Shown here in pieces: positions 50,801 to 60,753 of a stretch of 62,209 nt of DNA. Under the pieces are notes generated by a model. That model was given only the letters and a program-made list of their open reading frames with translations, did not search any database and was not told where the DNA came from. Numbering within the stretch: position 1 is the first letter of the stretch; each line of letters opens with the position of its first letter. This DNA comes from Lachnospiraceae bacterium (lineage in GTDB: Bacteria; Bacillota; Clostridia; Lachnospirales; Lachnospiraceae), in the NCBI GenBank assembly GCA_017448845.1, contig JAFSKT010000042.1, forward strand, positions 1-62,209, read 5' to 3'. Both the position numbers and the translations under genes were made by a program.

Positions 50801-52354
50801 AAGCTTATGAAGATGGGCTTTGACATTCCCTTTGAAACATTCCTGGGCTTTGACGGGGATAAGGAGCCGGATATAGACCTTAATTTCTCCGGAGACTATC
50901 AGAGTAAGGCCCATAAATATACGGAAGTCATATTCGGTGCGGGACAGACCTTCAGGGCAGGTACCACCGGTACCGTTGCGGATAAGACGGCCTTCGGATA
51001 TACAAAGGGCTACTTCGAAGATGAAAGTCATAATGAGCATAAGAGAAGGGCTGAGATGGAGCGGCTTGCGAAGGGCTGTGAAGGGGTCTTACGTACCACC
51101 GGGCAGCATCCCGGAGGGATAATAGTCCTGCCCAAGGGAGAGGGGATAAACTCCTTTACTCCGGTGCAGCACCCGGCAAATGATCAGTCAAGTCCGGTCA
51201 TCACCACCCATTTTGACTATCATTCCATCGACCATAACCTGTTAAAGCTGGATATCCTGGGACACGACGATCCCACCATGATAAGGTTCCTGCAGGATGC
51301 CACGGGAGTGAACGTGGATGATATCTTCTTTGACGATAAGAAGGTAATGAGCCTCTTCAACAGTCCGGCGGTGCTGGGTATCTCTCCCTCGGATATAGGG
51401 GGCTGCCCTACGGGGACTCTCGGTATTCCTGAATACGGCACGGACTTTGTTATACAGATGCTGGTGGATGCGAAACCCGCCACTTTCTCCGACCTTGTGC
51501 GTATTTCAGGGCTTTCCCACGGCACCGATGTGTGGAGCGGAAATGCAGAGCTTCTGGTTAAAGAGCAGGGTATGATATTAAAGGACCTGATCTGCTGCCG
51601 TGACGATATAATGCTCTATCTCATGAATAAGGGCGTGGATCCTTCCCTTTCCTTTAAGATCATGGAGTCTGTACGAAAGGGAAAAGGCTTAAAGGATGAG
51701 ATGAAGGAAGCTATGATAGGGAATGCTGTCCCTGACTGGTATATCGATTCCTGTCTTAAGATACAGTACATGTTCCCCAAGGCTCACGCCGTTGCATACG
51801 TGATGATGGCCTGGAGGGTAGCGTGGTTTAAGATAAACTATCCTCTGGCTTATTACAGCGCCTTTTTCTCAATAAGGTCCGAAAAGAAGGGCGGCATAGA
51901 TTATGAGACCATGTGCCGCGGCAGGGCAAGGCTCGAAGAAAACTTAAATAAGCTCCTTGACCTCCTGAAATCCATAGGAAAGAACAGGATGAAGCCTGCG
52001 GATATGGACAGCATAAGGAATATGCAGTTAGTACAGGAAATGTATGCGAGAGGCTTCGATTTTGCGCCTCTTGATATAAATAAAGCGGATCCGAAGTACT
52101 TCCGTCAGGTGGATGATAAGCACATCATGCCACCCTTAACTTCCATTTCCGGCATAGGCGGAAAGGATGCGGACGATATTGCAGCGGGACTCCTTGCCGC
52201 CAGGAAGGACGGACCCTTCCTCTCCATGGAGGATTTCGTAAACCGCACCGGCTGCACAAAGGTCAAGGCGGAAAAACTCTACGAAATGGGACTTCTTGGG
52301 AATATCCCCAAGTCAAACCAATTGTCGCTCTTTGATTTTGCCGGGGAATCTTGA
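47855..52354 (+). CDS. polC: DNA polymerase III PolC
   Basis: PHP ELHCHT, exonuclease DIETTG, RGSVGSS, PDIDLNF, YMFPKAHA. Confidence 0.98.
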   Translation: MTDSGRRKPFFDVFPTLLLPQDLRELFSNVSVKMILRSKDRKSFHIYTESRMIIQKEDILRVERELRKQVFANTGITPRLHESFLLEEDFTVESVLDTYRDSIAIELREEYPILNQIYKNSTLTCEGNVLTLTVPEEMIFGKEAEKMVKDLTEYIYNVFNMRFKLDARVQHEYKSSGISFERKREEEELLREYREVMGRKEKKEEVKEEVKEEKKEVKDKAKKGKRRSLDPDVIFRADVKEDAIPIRDIVDPIGEVVIKGQLIAYDEHPIGNQKNVVTLNVTDYTDSIKAKFFISDEDLPGFKEKIEAKDLADGKPTIFVKIKGVADLDRFEHDVVITSIRGMRKISSFLKERRDFSAVKRTELHCHTKYSEMDGVSSVKDILKTVDSWGWNSIALTDHGNVQVYPEAAHTKLENKDFKIIYGCEGYLVDDTNRIVWECGKGDGNTAHSLNSDYVVFDIETTGFSAVSDRIIEIGAVRVVNGEVKESFDEFVNPGIPIPFKIENLTGINDSMVKDAPGIEEVLPRFLSFAEGSVVVAHNAMFDTSFMLVKAEELGLKFDKTVVDTLGLGRFLMPELHNHKLDTMAEKLKVSLENHHRACDDAAATAHIFIKLMEKAGEEYPEDIHILEDFKQYDRVSINTIKRLPYFHIILLAKNETGRLNLYKMVSESHLKYFQRRPRIPKSLLMENREGLILGSACEAGELYQALEREEPGERIAEIVDFYDYLEIQPLGNNEFLLREDNRIKDMDDLRDINKEIVKLGERFNKPVCATCDVHFLNPEDEVYRRIIMFSKKYKDADEQAPLYLRTTEEMLDEFAYLGDDKAEEVVIKNPNMIADMIDHISPVRPDKAPPVIADSDKILRDICYTRAKELYGEDLPEIVTSRLDKELDSIIGNGYAVMYVIAQKLVWKSNEDGYLVGSRGSVGSSFAAYMSGITEVNSLAPHYLCKKCHYSDFESEAVKKAHEEGNCGCDLPDRDCPVCGEKLMKMGFDIPFETFLGFDGDKEPDIDLNFSGDYQSKAHKYTEVIFGAGQTFRAGTTGTVADKTAFGYTKGYFEDESHNEHKRRAEMERLAKGCEGVLRTTGQHPGGIIVLPKGEGINSFTPVQHPANDQSSPVITTHFDYHSIDHNLLKLDILGHDDPTMIRFLQDATGVNVDDIFFDDKKVMSLFNSPAVLGISPSDIGGCPTGTLGIPEYGTDFVIQMLVDAKPATFSDLVRISGLSHGTDVWSGNAELLVKEQGMILKDLICCRDDIMLYLMNKGVDPSLSFKIMESVRKGKGLKDEMKEAMIGNAVPDWYIDSCLKIQYMFPKAHAVAYVMMAWRVAWFKINYPLAYYSAFFSIRSEKKGGIDYETMCRGRARLEENLNKLLDLLKSIGKNRMKPADMDSIRNMQLVQEMYARGFDFAPLDINKADPKYFRQVDDKHIMPPLTSISGIGGKDADDIAAGLLAARKDGPFLSMEDFVNRTGCTKVKAEKLYEMGLLGNIPKSNQLSLFDFAGES

Positions 52355-52382
52355 ATCAGGAAGAGACTCACATATTTAAGTA

Positions 52383-52413
52383 TAAAAATGCCGGGACCAG
52401 AAGTCCCGGCATT
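52383..52413 (-). terminator. Terminator between convergent polC and secreted protein gene
   Basis: AATGCCGGGAC-CAGAA-GTCCCGGCATT with an A-tract on the left. Confidence 0.8.
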
Positions 52414-52435
52414 CTCAGTACTGTTCAGTGACAGA

Positions 52436-55400
52436 TCATTCGTCGTATTCGTCGTTTTCTTCGTCCCAGTATCCTACAACTGATCTTAAGTACTCAGGTA
52501 CATAATAAAGATTCATATCTTCAACGGATATGCTGCTGTCGTCACCGATCGTAAGCTTGAATACAGTCCAATAAGCACCGCTGGTGGAAGGATTTATATG
52601 ATATTCCTTCTGCTGCTTGTGATCACTGTCTCCGTAGTACAGTCTGACGATCGCGCCGGAAGCAGCCATTGCGGTGGAATCGGGAACTTCTCTGTTGCTT
52701 CCTGTGGAGTAATCGTGAACAAGGAAATAATACTCTCCGGGAGTTCTTCTGTAGATTGTTGTGATCTCAGGACCATAGGAACTGGTGTCATCATGATCCA
52801 GATCCGCAGCATAGAGATTGTTGTAGGTATAGTTTTTGTTGCTGTACCATACGTGGAACTGGTCAGTGCCTTCAACTGTAGGACCTACCAGATGAGAATC
52901 CAGATCAGAAGGGCTTTCACCCCAGGTAAGGGATATGCGGATCGTATCGGGAGCACTGATACCGGCTGCACTGAAGGCTTCCTTTACCGCTTCCTGTTTC
53001 GGATTGTCAAATCTGCCTGTTTCACTTGCCGCACAGATAACAGCAAATCTGACGTGCAGAAGAGTGGCATCTGAAGGAAGACGGCTTATGGAACTTAAGA
53101 AGATCTTTTTCCAGGTTTCCACCGGAACATCCTTTGTCCTGTCGTCGGACATCATCTTATAAGCCGCATATTTTAATACTTTCTTGGCAGATGTAGTGTC
53201 CACCGCAGAAAAATCTACGTCCGGATACTTTGTTTCAGCCGTATTCTCTGCGATCCTGCCCTCCATAAGATCACGGATTATATCGGCATAGGATTCGCTG
53301 ACTATCTTGGTCTCTCCGAGATTAATGAGGAAATTCTCGTCATCGGAAAGGTACCTTGCAAGCATTGCATGTGAGAACTCATGTCCTGCAAGGGAATTCA
53401 GTTCGGTCTCATTTGTATTTGCTGTATTCCTGAGGCGGAAAACAAGACTCAGGTTATCCATATCGGAAGAATCCCAGTATGCGCTTAATGAAGGTGCTCC
53501 GAAAACGCATTTGACTTTAACGTTCTTATTAAATATTCCTTCCTGAAGTGTACCTTTATATCTGTTCTTTGTGGTCTTTATGACTCCGAGGAGTTTTTTT
53601 GCGGCAGCTTTCCTTGCGTCGTTGTCATCGCCTCTGGCATAACTTACGGTTATTCCTTCTTCCTCGGGAAGGCTGTCATAAGTAACAGGATCATCTCCTA
53701 AAATATCCGGAGTAGAGATTTCTTCTGTGAGTTCTTTATCATGACGGAGAAGATCCTCCATGGCATATACCGAATAACAGGAGTTGTCCAGATAAACTGT
53801 TCTCCTGATATCAAGGGCCGTCTCTCCGGTGCCTGCAGTTCCGGAAACAGATACTTTGTAGGAAGCAAAAACTTCTTGATTATTTAAATACAATACCTTT
53901 TCTTCTTTTCCCAAAGTGAGGCAGGAGATCAGGTTTTCAACTTTATCAATGTCATAACTTCCTTCAACAAGGCCGTAAATAGCGTCTTCCTTTATCAGTT
54001 CTTTAGCTATGGTATTTAGTGCCTTTGTTTCGTTAAATGTATCAAAGTAGTAGCCGTTCTGTATGCTGGTGCCTTTTTTAAAGGAACTGAAGAGTCCTTT
54101 TACCTCTCCGCTGGAACTGTCGGCTGTAATGATGACCTCGTTTCCCACAAGGGGCAGGCTTACAACTGATTCCGTGCCGCTTTCGTCTTCTACGGTATAG
54201 GAGGAACTGGGTACATAGCGGTAAAGCTTCCTTCCACTTTCCTTATCCTCGTATTCCGTAATATCATCGGCTGTCGCTTCTGTGCCTCCGATCCCGCTGC
54301 TATGGTCGGTATCCTGGGCAAAGAGTACACCTATTTCATTAAATACATCTGCAGCAGAGGATTCGTTTGTAACCTTTTTGTTTGTAAAGTTTCCGTTTAC
54401 ATAGGTCAGGTTTCCGGATGTGTCAAAAGCCACATCCCCTCCGCCTGCGAGAATGTCATTTAGGTTATCAAGAGCATTGCCGGAAGAGATTTCATAATCG
54501 GTAGTGATGGAAATATCCTTTTTCCATCCGTCGATTATGACAGTGGTTGAAGCTTTTGTTGAAAGTGTGTTCTCGCTTTTAACCTTGGCATATTTGTCTT
54601 TCGCCGGAGATTTTTCCGTGTATTCTATGTCGGCGGGTTCTGTGGTGATCTCTTCTGAAGATTCAACAGCAACAGCCTTTGTATCTGAAGATCCGGAGAA
54701 AAGAGTCTTGGGAGCGGAAACCTTCAGCTTGTATTTTGCTGCATTTTTCTCGGTTCCGAATTCCGCTGTAAGGACTGCCTTGCCCTTTGTGAGGAGAGTA
54801 ACATCGCCGGATTTTTCATTTACCTTTGCAACTTTCTCGTTGGAGGAAGACCACTTACTGGGACCGGCTTTGGTAAGGCCTTCAACTTTATCAAGAGCAT
54901 TAAAGGTAGTTGCGTCTGCCGTATATTTTTTGAATACGGGTTTTTCGATTTTTGCGGTATATTTTCCGAGTTCATTATCGGAATCATCATAGGCGGTAAC
55001 AGTTATATCGCCCTCTTTTTTAGCTTTAAGTATCCCCTTCTTTACTGAGGCATTCTTTTTGGGCTCGACCACATATTTTTTGATCTTGGCGGATGTGTTG
55101 AACTTTCCGCTGATGTCTGCTTTCTGCTTTACGACATACACATCGGTAAGATCGATATCTTCGATCGTTGCAGATAAAGATATGGTCTGGCCGGGAGCTA
55201 TGGTGTCCGGAATGTTGTTTACATTTCCTGAGTAGCCATTCGGAATCTGGAATGAAAATGCGATATTCCGTAATGTGCGGGGGTAATTGTTAGTAAGTTT
55301 AAGTGTTGCATTGATGTTTTCGCCGTTAACATAGCTTTCTCCCATAGAGAGAGTGGCGGTAAGGGATCCTGCCGTTCCGTCGTCAGCCATAACGACACCG

Positions 55401-55471
55401 GAGAATAACCCCGTGGTCAGCACTCCGCAGAGCAGAACGCTGAGCATCTTTTTGAGCAGATTTTTCTTCAT
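52436..55471 (-). CDS. Secreted multidomain protein: Ig-like (Big_2) region, M4/thermolysin-like metallopeptidase core, YfaP/DUF2135-like C-terminus
   Basis: Signal peptide; WSSSNEKVAKV; HEFSH plus SESYAD; VKEAFSAAGI; LTW..DLDSH..DDT..GPE. Confidence 0.7.
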   Translation of the reverse strand: MKKNLLKKMLSVLLCGVLTTGLFSGVVMADDGTAGSLTATLSMGESYVNGENINATLKLTNNYPRTLRNIAFSFQIPNGYSGNVNNIPDTIAPGQTISLSATIEDIDLTDVYVVKQKADISGKFNTSAKIKKYVVEPKKNASVKKGILKAKKEGDITVTAYDDSDNELGKYTAKIEKPVFKKYTADATTFNALDKVEGLTKAGPSKWSSSNEKVAKVNEKSGDVTLLTKGKAVLTAEFGTEKNAAKYKLKVSAPKTLFSGSSDTKAVAVESSEEITTEPADIEYTEKSPAKDKYAKVKSENTLSTKASTTVIIDGWKKDISITTDYEISSGNALDNLNDILAGGGDVAFDTSGNLTYVNGNFTNKKVTNESSAADVFNEIGVLFAQDTDHSSGIGGTEATADDITEYEDKESGRKLYRYVPSSSYTVEDESGTESVVSLPLVGNEVIITADSSSGEVKGLFSSFKKGTSIQNGYYFDTFNETKALNTIAKELIKEDAIYGLVEGSYDIDKVENLISCLTLGKEEKVLYLNNQEVFASYKVSVSGTAGTGETALDIRRTVYLDNSCYSVYAMEDLLRHDKELTEEISTPDILGDDPVTYDSLPEEEGITVSYARGDDNDARKAAAKKLLGVIKTTKNRYKGTLQEGIFNKNVKVKCVFGAPSLSAYWDSSDMDNLSLVFRLRNTANTNETELNSLAGHEFSHAMLARYLSDDENFLINLGETKIVSESYADIIRDLMEGRIAENTAETKYPDVDFSAVDTTSAKKVLKYAAYKMMSDDRTKDVPVETWKKIFLSSISRLPSDATLLHVRFAVICAASETGRFDNPKQEAVKEAFSAAGISAPDTIRISLTWGESPSDLDSHLVGPTVEGTDQFHVWYSNKNYTYNNLYAADLDHDDTSSYGPEITTIYRRTPGEYYFLVHDYSTGSNREVPDSTAMAASGAIVRLYYGDSDHKQQKEYHINPSTSGAYWTVFKLTIGDDSSISVEDMNLYYVPEYLRSVVGYWDEENDEYDE

Positions 55472-55534
55472 CCGTAACTCCTTTCAGTCCTGCCTTGATC
55501 TGTAAGATCAAAGAATTATTAAGATTACTTTACT

Positions 55535-55563
55535 ATATTATCAAAGAATACCGTCATATACAA
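55535..55563 (-). promoter_or_regulatory. Putative promoter of the 1011-aa gene
   Basis: Minus strand TTGTAT-17 nt-TAATAT with extended TG. Confidence 0.5.
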
Positions 55564-55658
55564 TTTGTTTTTAGGTAAAATTACGTGTTTTACATTCTGT
55601 CCGCAGGAGAAAGGCGATTTTGTACTGAACAATATGCATAAAACATGGTAATCGGCAA

Positions 55659-55687
55659 TTGATTTTTTTGTACAGAATGATTATAAT
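55659..55687 (+). promoter_or_regulatory. Putative promoter of MCP gene
   Basis: TTGATT-17 nt-TATAAT. Confidence 0.6.
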
Positions 55688-55752
55688 GGATTATACGTTT
55701 TTTTAGCCCGCCAAAGTCGGGCAAAGAATCCATTATATGGAGGGGGACAGAT

Positions 55753-57816
55753 ATGGCTAAAGCAAAGAAACAGACAAATAAGGGAGGAGCAAAGCTGGAT
55801 ATGCGTCTGACGCTTATCATGTATGCGCTTATCCCTTTGATCTTCTCTTCAGTGATCTTAAGCATCGTTCTTATAAATAAGAGCGGATCCGAGATGAAGA
55901 TCTGGACCAATAATTCACTTCTTCAGGTTATCAAGGAGACCGGTGCTGCCTTTGACAAGGTTACGGATACAAATGAGAGGACTCTTCAGTCCTATGCTTC
56001 AGCGCCTATAGTAAAGGATTTCCTTAAGAATCCCGATGATGCGGAGCTGGCAGCAAAAGCCCAGCAGTATACGGTTGATTTCTTCGCCTCTTTAGACGGC
56101 TGGGAAGGTCTCTACATTGCGGACTGGGATACCACTGTAATGACACACTCATCAGTACCGGCAATAATCGGAAAGGTATTGAGGGAAGGCGATTCTAAGA
56201 CAGAACTGCAGAACCAGATACTGGGAGCAGGCGGAGTGTACAATACGGGAATACTTACATCCCCTTCATCGGGAGAGCTGGTTATGTCTCTCTATTATCC
56301 GGTAATGGACGGGGACACTCCCATAGGATATGTTGGAGCAGGAACCTTTGTAAACAACGTGGCTTCAGGGCTTTCCGATGTTTCCTCTCTGGGTAAGTCA
56401 AGCGCGTATATCTACTATGTGGATAAGGTCGGAACCATGCTTTTCCATCCCACGCCCGAGAAGATAGGGCAGCCTGTTGAGAACGCAGCTGTAAAGGGGC
56501 TGGTTGCAAAGCTTGAAGCGGGAGAGCATCCGGAACCCGCATGTATCGCATATCAGTATAAGGGTGCCACAAAGTACGCCGCATATTATGTAGGAAAGGA
56601 TGACGCATATATAGCAGTTCTGACCGCGGATGAAAAGGATATCCTTTCCGGTATCACAGCCACCAGGACCTGGACCATAATCATCTGCCTGATCTGCGTG
56701 ATCTTATTTGCAGTCATTGCCATCGTGTTTGCGAGAATAATAGCAACTCCTCTTGTTAGGGTATCGGATGCCATCGATAAACTTGCTACCGGTGATGTGA
56801 CCGTTGAATGTGATGCAAGTTCCCATATAAAGGAGACTGTGAGCATCATACATTCCTTCAGGACTCTTAAGGATGCCCTTTCCACATCCATGAGGTCTGT
56901 AAAGGATTCGGCGTCAGTGCTTAACAGCGCCATAGTCAACGTAGACGGCATGACAGGAAGGAACGTGGAATCCATTTCCCAGATCAATTCCGCTATTGGT
57001 GAGGTTGCCACCACATCCCAGAGTGTTGCCGAAAATGCCCAGACCATGGCCAGCAAGGCATTGGAGCTTGGAAACGATATCGAGCACCTGAACGAGAATG
57101 TACAGAAGCTCTATGATGAGTCACAGACCATCAGGAATGCCAACAATGAGGCTACAGACTGCATGAAGTCAGTTTATTCCGGCGCTAATGAGTCTGTTGA
57201 AGCCATGCAGGATATCACCACCAAGATCTCCGATACCAATACAGCCATCGGTTCCATTGAAACAGCTGTACAGGCTATCGAGTCAATTGCTGCACAGACC
57301 AACCTCCTTTCACTCAATGCTTCCATCGAGGCAGCCCGTGCAGGAGAAGCCGGCCGCGGCTTTGCTGTTGTGGCTGATGAGATCAGGTCCCTCGCAGATT
57401 CTTCTGCAGATTCCGCTAAGGAGATCAAGCAGATCATTGATAACGTCATAGTGATGTCAAACGGAACCGTTGATATCAGTAACAGAGTATTTGAAGTTAT
57501 CAGCAAGCAGAGAGAGGATATCGAGCAGGCACAGGATAAGTTCAATGTGCTTTCAGACTCCGTAGAGCTGTCTATCACACAGATAGATACCATAAAGGAT
57601 CTCACCGGAGAACTGGATAAGATCAAGGTAGATCTTTCCAACACCACCACAGAGCTTGGTGCTATTTCCGAAGAGCTTGGTGCATCCGCTGAAGAAGTTG
57701 CCGCATCCTGCCAGACTGTTACCAGTGCATGTACCGATACACAGGAATCCACCGCCGAGATGCGCTCCATCAATGATGACATGAGCACGGCTATTGAATT
57801 CTTCAAGCTCTCATAA
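55753..57816 (+). CDS. Methyl-accepting chemotaxis protein (Cache-type sensor, HAMP)
   Basis: Two TMs, HP..G Cache motif, [34 protein letters not shown]. Confidence 0.96.
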   Translation: MAKAKKQTNKGGAKLDMRLTLIMYALIPLIFSSVILSIVLINKSGSEMKIWTNNSLLQVIKETGAAFDKVTDTNERTLQSYASAPIVKDFLKNPDDAELAAKAQQYTVDFFASLDGWEGLYIADWDTTVMTHSSVPAIIGKVLREGDSKTELQNQILGAGGVYNTGILTSPSSGELVMSLYYPVMDGDTPIGYVGAGTFVNNVASGLSDVSSLGKSSAYIYYVDKVGTMLFHPTPEKIGQPVENAAVKGLVAKLEAGEHPEPACIAYQYKGATKYAAYYVGKDDAYIAVLTADEKDILSGITATRTWTIIICLICVILFAVIAIVFARIIATPLVRVSDAIDKLATGDVTVECDASSHIKETVSIIHSFRTLKDALSTSMRSVKDSASVLNSAIVNVDGMTGRNVESISQINSAIGEVATTSQSVAENAQTMASKALELGNDIEHLNENVQKLYDESQTIRNANNEATDCMKSVYSGANESVEAMQDITTKISDTNTAIGSIETAVQAIESIAAQTNLLSLNASIEAARAGEAGRGFAVVADEIRSLADSSADSAKEIKQIIDNVIVMSNGTVDISNRVFEVISKQREDIEQAQDKFNVLSDSVELSITQIDTIKDLTGELDKIKVDLSNTTTELGAISEELGASAEEVAASCQTVTSACTDTQESTAEMRSINDDMSTAIEFFKLS

Positions 57817-57840
57817 GGGATTGAAATAACACAGGATCAC

Positions 57841-57868
57841 AGGGAGCCCCGTTTTGGGGCTCCTTTTT
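57841..57868 (+). terminator. Intrinsic terminator after MCP
   Basis: GGAGCCCC-GTTTT-GGGGCTCC-TTTTT. Confidence 0.85.
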
Positions 57869-57997
57869 CGGATCGGTTCCATCCTGACTATGCATCCTGA
57901 TCTCCTTTTTCATCATAATTATCGGTTCCGGATTTGATCCGGGATCAGAATAGTCCAGCGATGCCCCTTCAGAAGAAAACAGAAAAGGCAAGATAAG

Positions 57998-58043
57998 AAA
58001 CAGGCAGATAACTACGCTCCGGGGCGTGGCTATCCGCCTGTTT
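57998..58043 (-). terminator. Long hairpin, probable terminator of the 605-aa gene
   Basis: Minus strand AAACAGGCGGATAGCCACGC-6 nt-GCGTAGTTATCTGCCTGTTT; G-U pairs work on this strand; pyrimidine tail follows. Confidence 0.6.
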
Positions 58044-58074
58044 AATTTTGAACTATACTGTAGATTGCATATTG

Positions 58075-59892
58075 TTAAGGTATGGTATAGCTTCCGTCTA
58101 AATTGTTTCCGAAGAAGTTTACCGTACAGGTATCCGTATTATAATTCCATTCCTTTTCTTTCTTTGCTTTGTAGTATTTTCCGTTGATTTTGACTTTAAC
58201 AGTTTTTGGAGTGCCATCACTTTTTTGTTTAATATTTACAACATCCGTATTCTTAACAAAATAGCGGTATAGGTTGTATTTGAGTCTGTTTTTACCTTTA
58301 GTGGCTTTTCTGATTGCCTTGTTTGTCTGAGGATCGGCTCCTTCAAGAGAGGTTATCTGCATAAGACGCTTTTTCTTATTGATTTTGATTGCAGATACTT
58401 TGTATTGGATATTATTTAGCGAAACCGTAATCCCACCAAAATAATCAGGTGTTACCTTGCTATTACCGAAGAATGGTATGTCATGACAATATAGAATCTT
58501 GAAATCACTCCTTTCTTCAATTGATGGGCTCATAGGCTTATTATCATATGGAGTATTGGAGTCATTTCCTTCGGGGTCTTTTTCCGGATCATTATTCAGA
58601 GCATAATCTGTTTCTATCAAGAATGGAGAGAATTCATCTACTTCTATTTCAGCCATACCATTAACTACCTTATATCGGATGCTTTGAATGCTTAAGTTTT
58701 TAAGCAGATGCTTGATTGTTACGAACCATCCGTCGGGTATATGGTCTCCCAGGTGGAATCTTATAATAACTTTATGGTTGTTTTTATTATAGGTTCCGTT
58801 CATGTTTATCTGGTAGAAATTGTAATCGTATAGATTAGTGTCGTTTAAAAGGTCATATTCTACACCTTCTTTATCAAGTTCGTTAACGGAAAGAGTTACG
58901 CCCGATTCCATACCGTCTCCAAACACAAATATATTGTGGGGGTCCAAAATGCCCACATCAAATTCAATGGAAGATAGATCGGCATAAATGATGGAAGGGT
59001 CTGGCTCAGGGTCATTTGCCGGATTATTATGTACAGAATTATGAAGGGTTTTTGTATTTCCGTTAAAATCTGTAATTTCAATGTGATAAATATGGGTTTT
59101 TCCATAATACTCTGCAGGACAATACCATTCTAATAATCCGTTTTTTTCAAACTTATCGCGATCAAACTCGCCAGTTCCATAAGTCTGCCCCGCTTCGTTA
59201 ATGTAGTTAATAATAGCCCATTTTATATTTACATCACTTTCGACTTTTATGTTCAGACCAATGCTTTCCGTTAATCCAAATTCATGTTTGTTATCGATGA
59301 GTGATAGTGTGTCGGGATGAATTACTATATTCGAACTTACCCCTCCGCCGATAACCGTAAGATCAGCGGAAGATAGATCGGCATAAATGATGGAAGGGTC
59401 TGGCTCGGGATCATCTGCCGGATTATAAAGTGCAGAATTACGCAGGGTTTTAGTATTCCCGTTATTATCTGTAATTTCAATGTGAGAAACATAAGTTTTC
59501 CCATAGAATTCTGCAGGACAATACCATTCTAATAATCCGTTTTTTTCAAGTTTATCGCGATCAAACTCGCCAGTGCTATAAGTCTGCCCTGCTTCGTTAA
59601 CTAAGTAAATATTAGCCCACTTTAGCATTACTTTACTGTCAACTTTAATCTTAAGGCCTATTATCTCCATCAACTTGAACTCTTTTTTATTATCAATAAG
59701 AGATAGAGTATCAGGATATATTACTATGTTATTATTTGACATATCTTTAAGAACAGATTCACCATCTTCTGATAGCATTCCTGTTGGATTGATGGTATTC
59801 GCTGGCCCGGCTACGGCGAATATAGAATTAGCGAATATCAAGGATGCGATGAGAATGGAAACAATTAGCGCGCGGTATTGTTTAAGATACAT
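58075..59892 (-). CDS. Secreted hypothetical protein with tandem duplicated domain and basic C-terminal domain
   Basis: Signal peptide, GGGGAGG SD, two copies of NIVI.PDTLSLIDNK...IIYADLSS; visibly AT-richer than core genes. Confidence 0.8.
   Translation of the reverse strand: MYLKQYRALIVSILIASLIFANSIFAVAGPANTINPTGMLSEDGESVLKDMSNNNIVIYPDTLSLIDNKKEFKLMEIIGLKIKVDSKVMLKWANIYLVNEAGQTYSTGEFDRDKLEKNGLLEWYCPAEFYGKTYVSHIEITDNNGNTKTLRNSALYNPADDPEPDPSIIYADLSSADLTVIGGGVSSNIVIHPDTLSLIDNKHEFGLTESIGLNIKVESDVNIKWAIINYINEAGQTYGTGEFDRDKFEKNGLLEWYCPAEYYGKTHIYHIEITDFNGNTKTLHNSVHNNPANDPEPDPSIIYADLSSIEFDVGILDPHNIFVFGDGMESGVTLSVNELDKEGVEYDLLNDTNLYDYNFYQINMNGTYNKNNHKVIIRFHLGDHIPDGWFVTIKHLLKNLSIQSIRYKVVNGMAEIEVDEFSPFLIETDYALNNDPEKDPEGNDSNTPYDNKPMSPSIEERSDFKILYCHDIPFFGNSKVTPDYFGGITVSLNNIQYKVSAIKINKKKRLMQITSLEGADPQTNKAIRKATKGKNRLKYNLYRYFVKNTDVVNIKQKSDGTPKTVKVKINGKYYKAKKEKEWNYNTDTCTVNFFGNNLDGSYTIP
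58969..59730 (-). repeat. Intragenic direct duplication, period 399 bp (133 codons)
   Basis: GGAAGATAGATCGGCATAAATGATGGAAGGGTCTGGCTC at 58969 and 59368, similarity continuing about 360 bp. Confidence 0.9.
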
Positions 59893-60057
59893 TGTTGACC
59901 TCCCCTTTTGTCATATGTTTATCATGAAGAAACTGCAATGCCTAATAGCACTACTGTATATTATTGTATCATATTTATTTCCGAGAATGATGCCATGTTT
60001 TCGGGAACGCAAAAGGGCTTATCAACCAGTTTCTTCAGATTCGTTTTTTCGAGAAGA

Positions 60058-60128
60058 GAAAAACCCTGAAACCTGCATAAATGCCGGGTTTCAGGGCTCT
60101 AACTATAGCTCGTATCGGAATCGAACCC
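60058..60128 (-). other. tRNA-like 3' fragment followed by terminator hairpin (possible att remnant)
   Basis: Minus strand GGTTCGATTCCGATACGAGCTA (60106-60127), then CCCTGAAACC/GGTTTCAGGG stem (60064-60096) and T-tract. Confidence 0.45.
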
Positions 60129-60319
60129 TCAAAGGGTGACTTACAGAGGGCGCAGATGATTTTCAGACCGACGGGAACCATTGAAAATAAAGGAGGTATG
60201 AGGGGCGTGACTGCTGCTGATTTTTTTTCTGAAATAACCGGGAATTACCGTATTTATGTGGTTTTTGGGCGTTTGGGGTGAGTTATTGCAGATATGTGGA
60301 TATGTATAGATCGGATGGA

Positions 60320-60753
60320 TTATTTTATTCCAGGGATCTTTATGACAATATCATACCATTTATTGATTTCCTGAAGATATTTCTGCAGGGTATCAGTTCT
60401 GACCACGATATGAACATCGTAACGTCCTTCGGCCTCCCATGATGTCAGCAATTCATCATTTTTTCGCACTATATCCGGCACTACTATGTTTATATTCAAG
60501 TCGTCGGAATATACCAGGAGGCTGCCAATACCGTGTTTATACACTTTTGAGTTGTCAAGTTTTTTGGCTGAATGGTAAAGCTGAATCTTAATAAGTTTTT
60601 CTGCGGCCTGCTGCAGATGATAGGCAGCTTGACCCCTTAGATATTTTGCAAAACGAGGAGGCTGCTTTTTGACTCCTCAATTGCTTTCTCAGAAAGAAGA
60701 ATGTCTGCCTTGATCTGAAACATATTTAACTCAGGGTTAGAAAGATCAGCCAT
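60320..60753 (-). pseudogene. HEPN domain gene interrupted by a 1-nt frameshift
   Basis: ATG 60753 overlaps the MNT stop; that frame ends after 38 aa; the other frame gives AAYHLQQAAEKLIK..H..EGRY; one extra A in the A5 run (60666-60670) joins them. Confidence 0.8.

Noticed and set aside
47855-52354. Intein or unusual insertion in PolC
   Set aside because: Length and domain order are normal; no intein terminal motifs seen
58969-59730. DGR template/variable repeat pair
   Set aside because: Differences involve all bases and many are synonymous; both copies are in one ORF; no RT present
59975-60030. c-di-GMP-I riboswitch (GGGAACGCAAAAG)
   Set aside because: Lacks the GCAAACC..GAAA arm and points away from the adjacent gene
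60106-60180. Complete tRNA gene
   Set aside because: Only the T-loop and 3' strand are present; no D or anticodon arm
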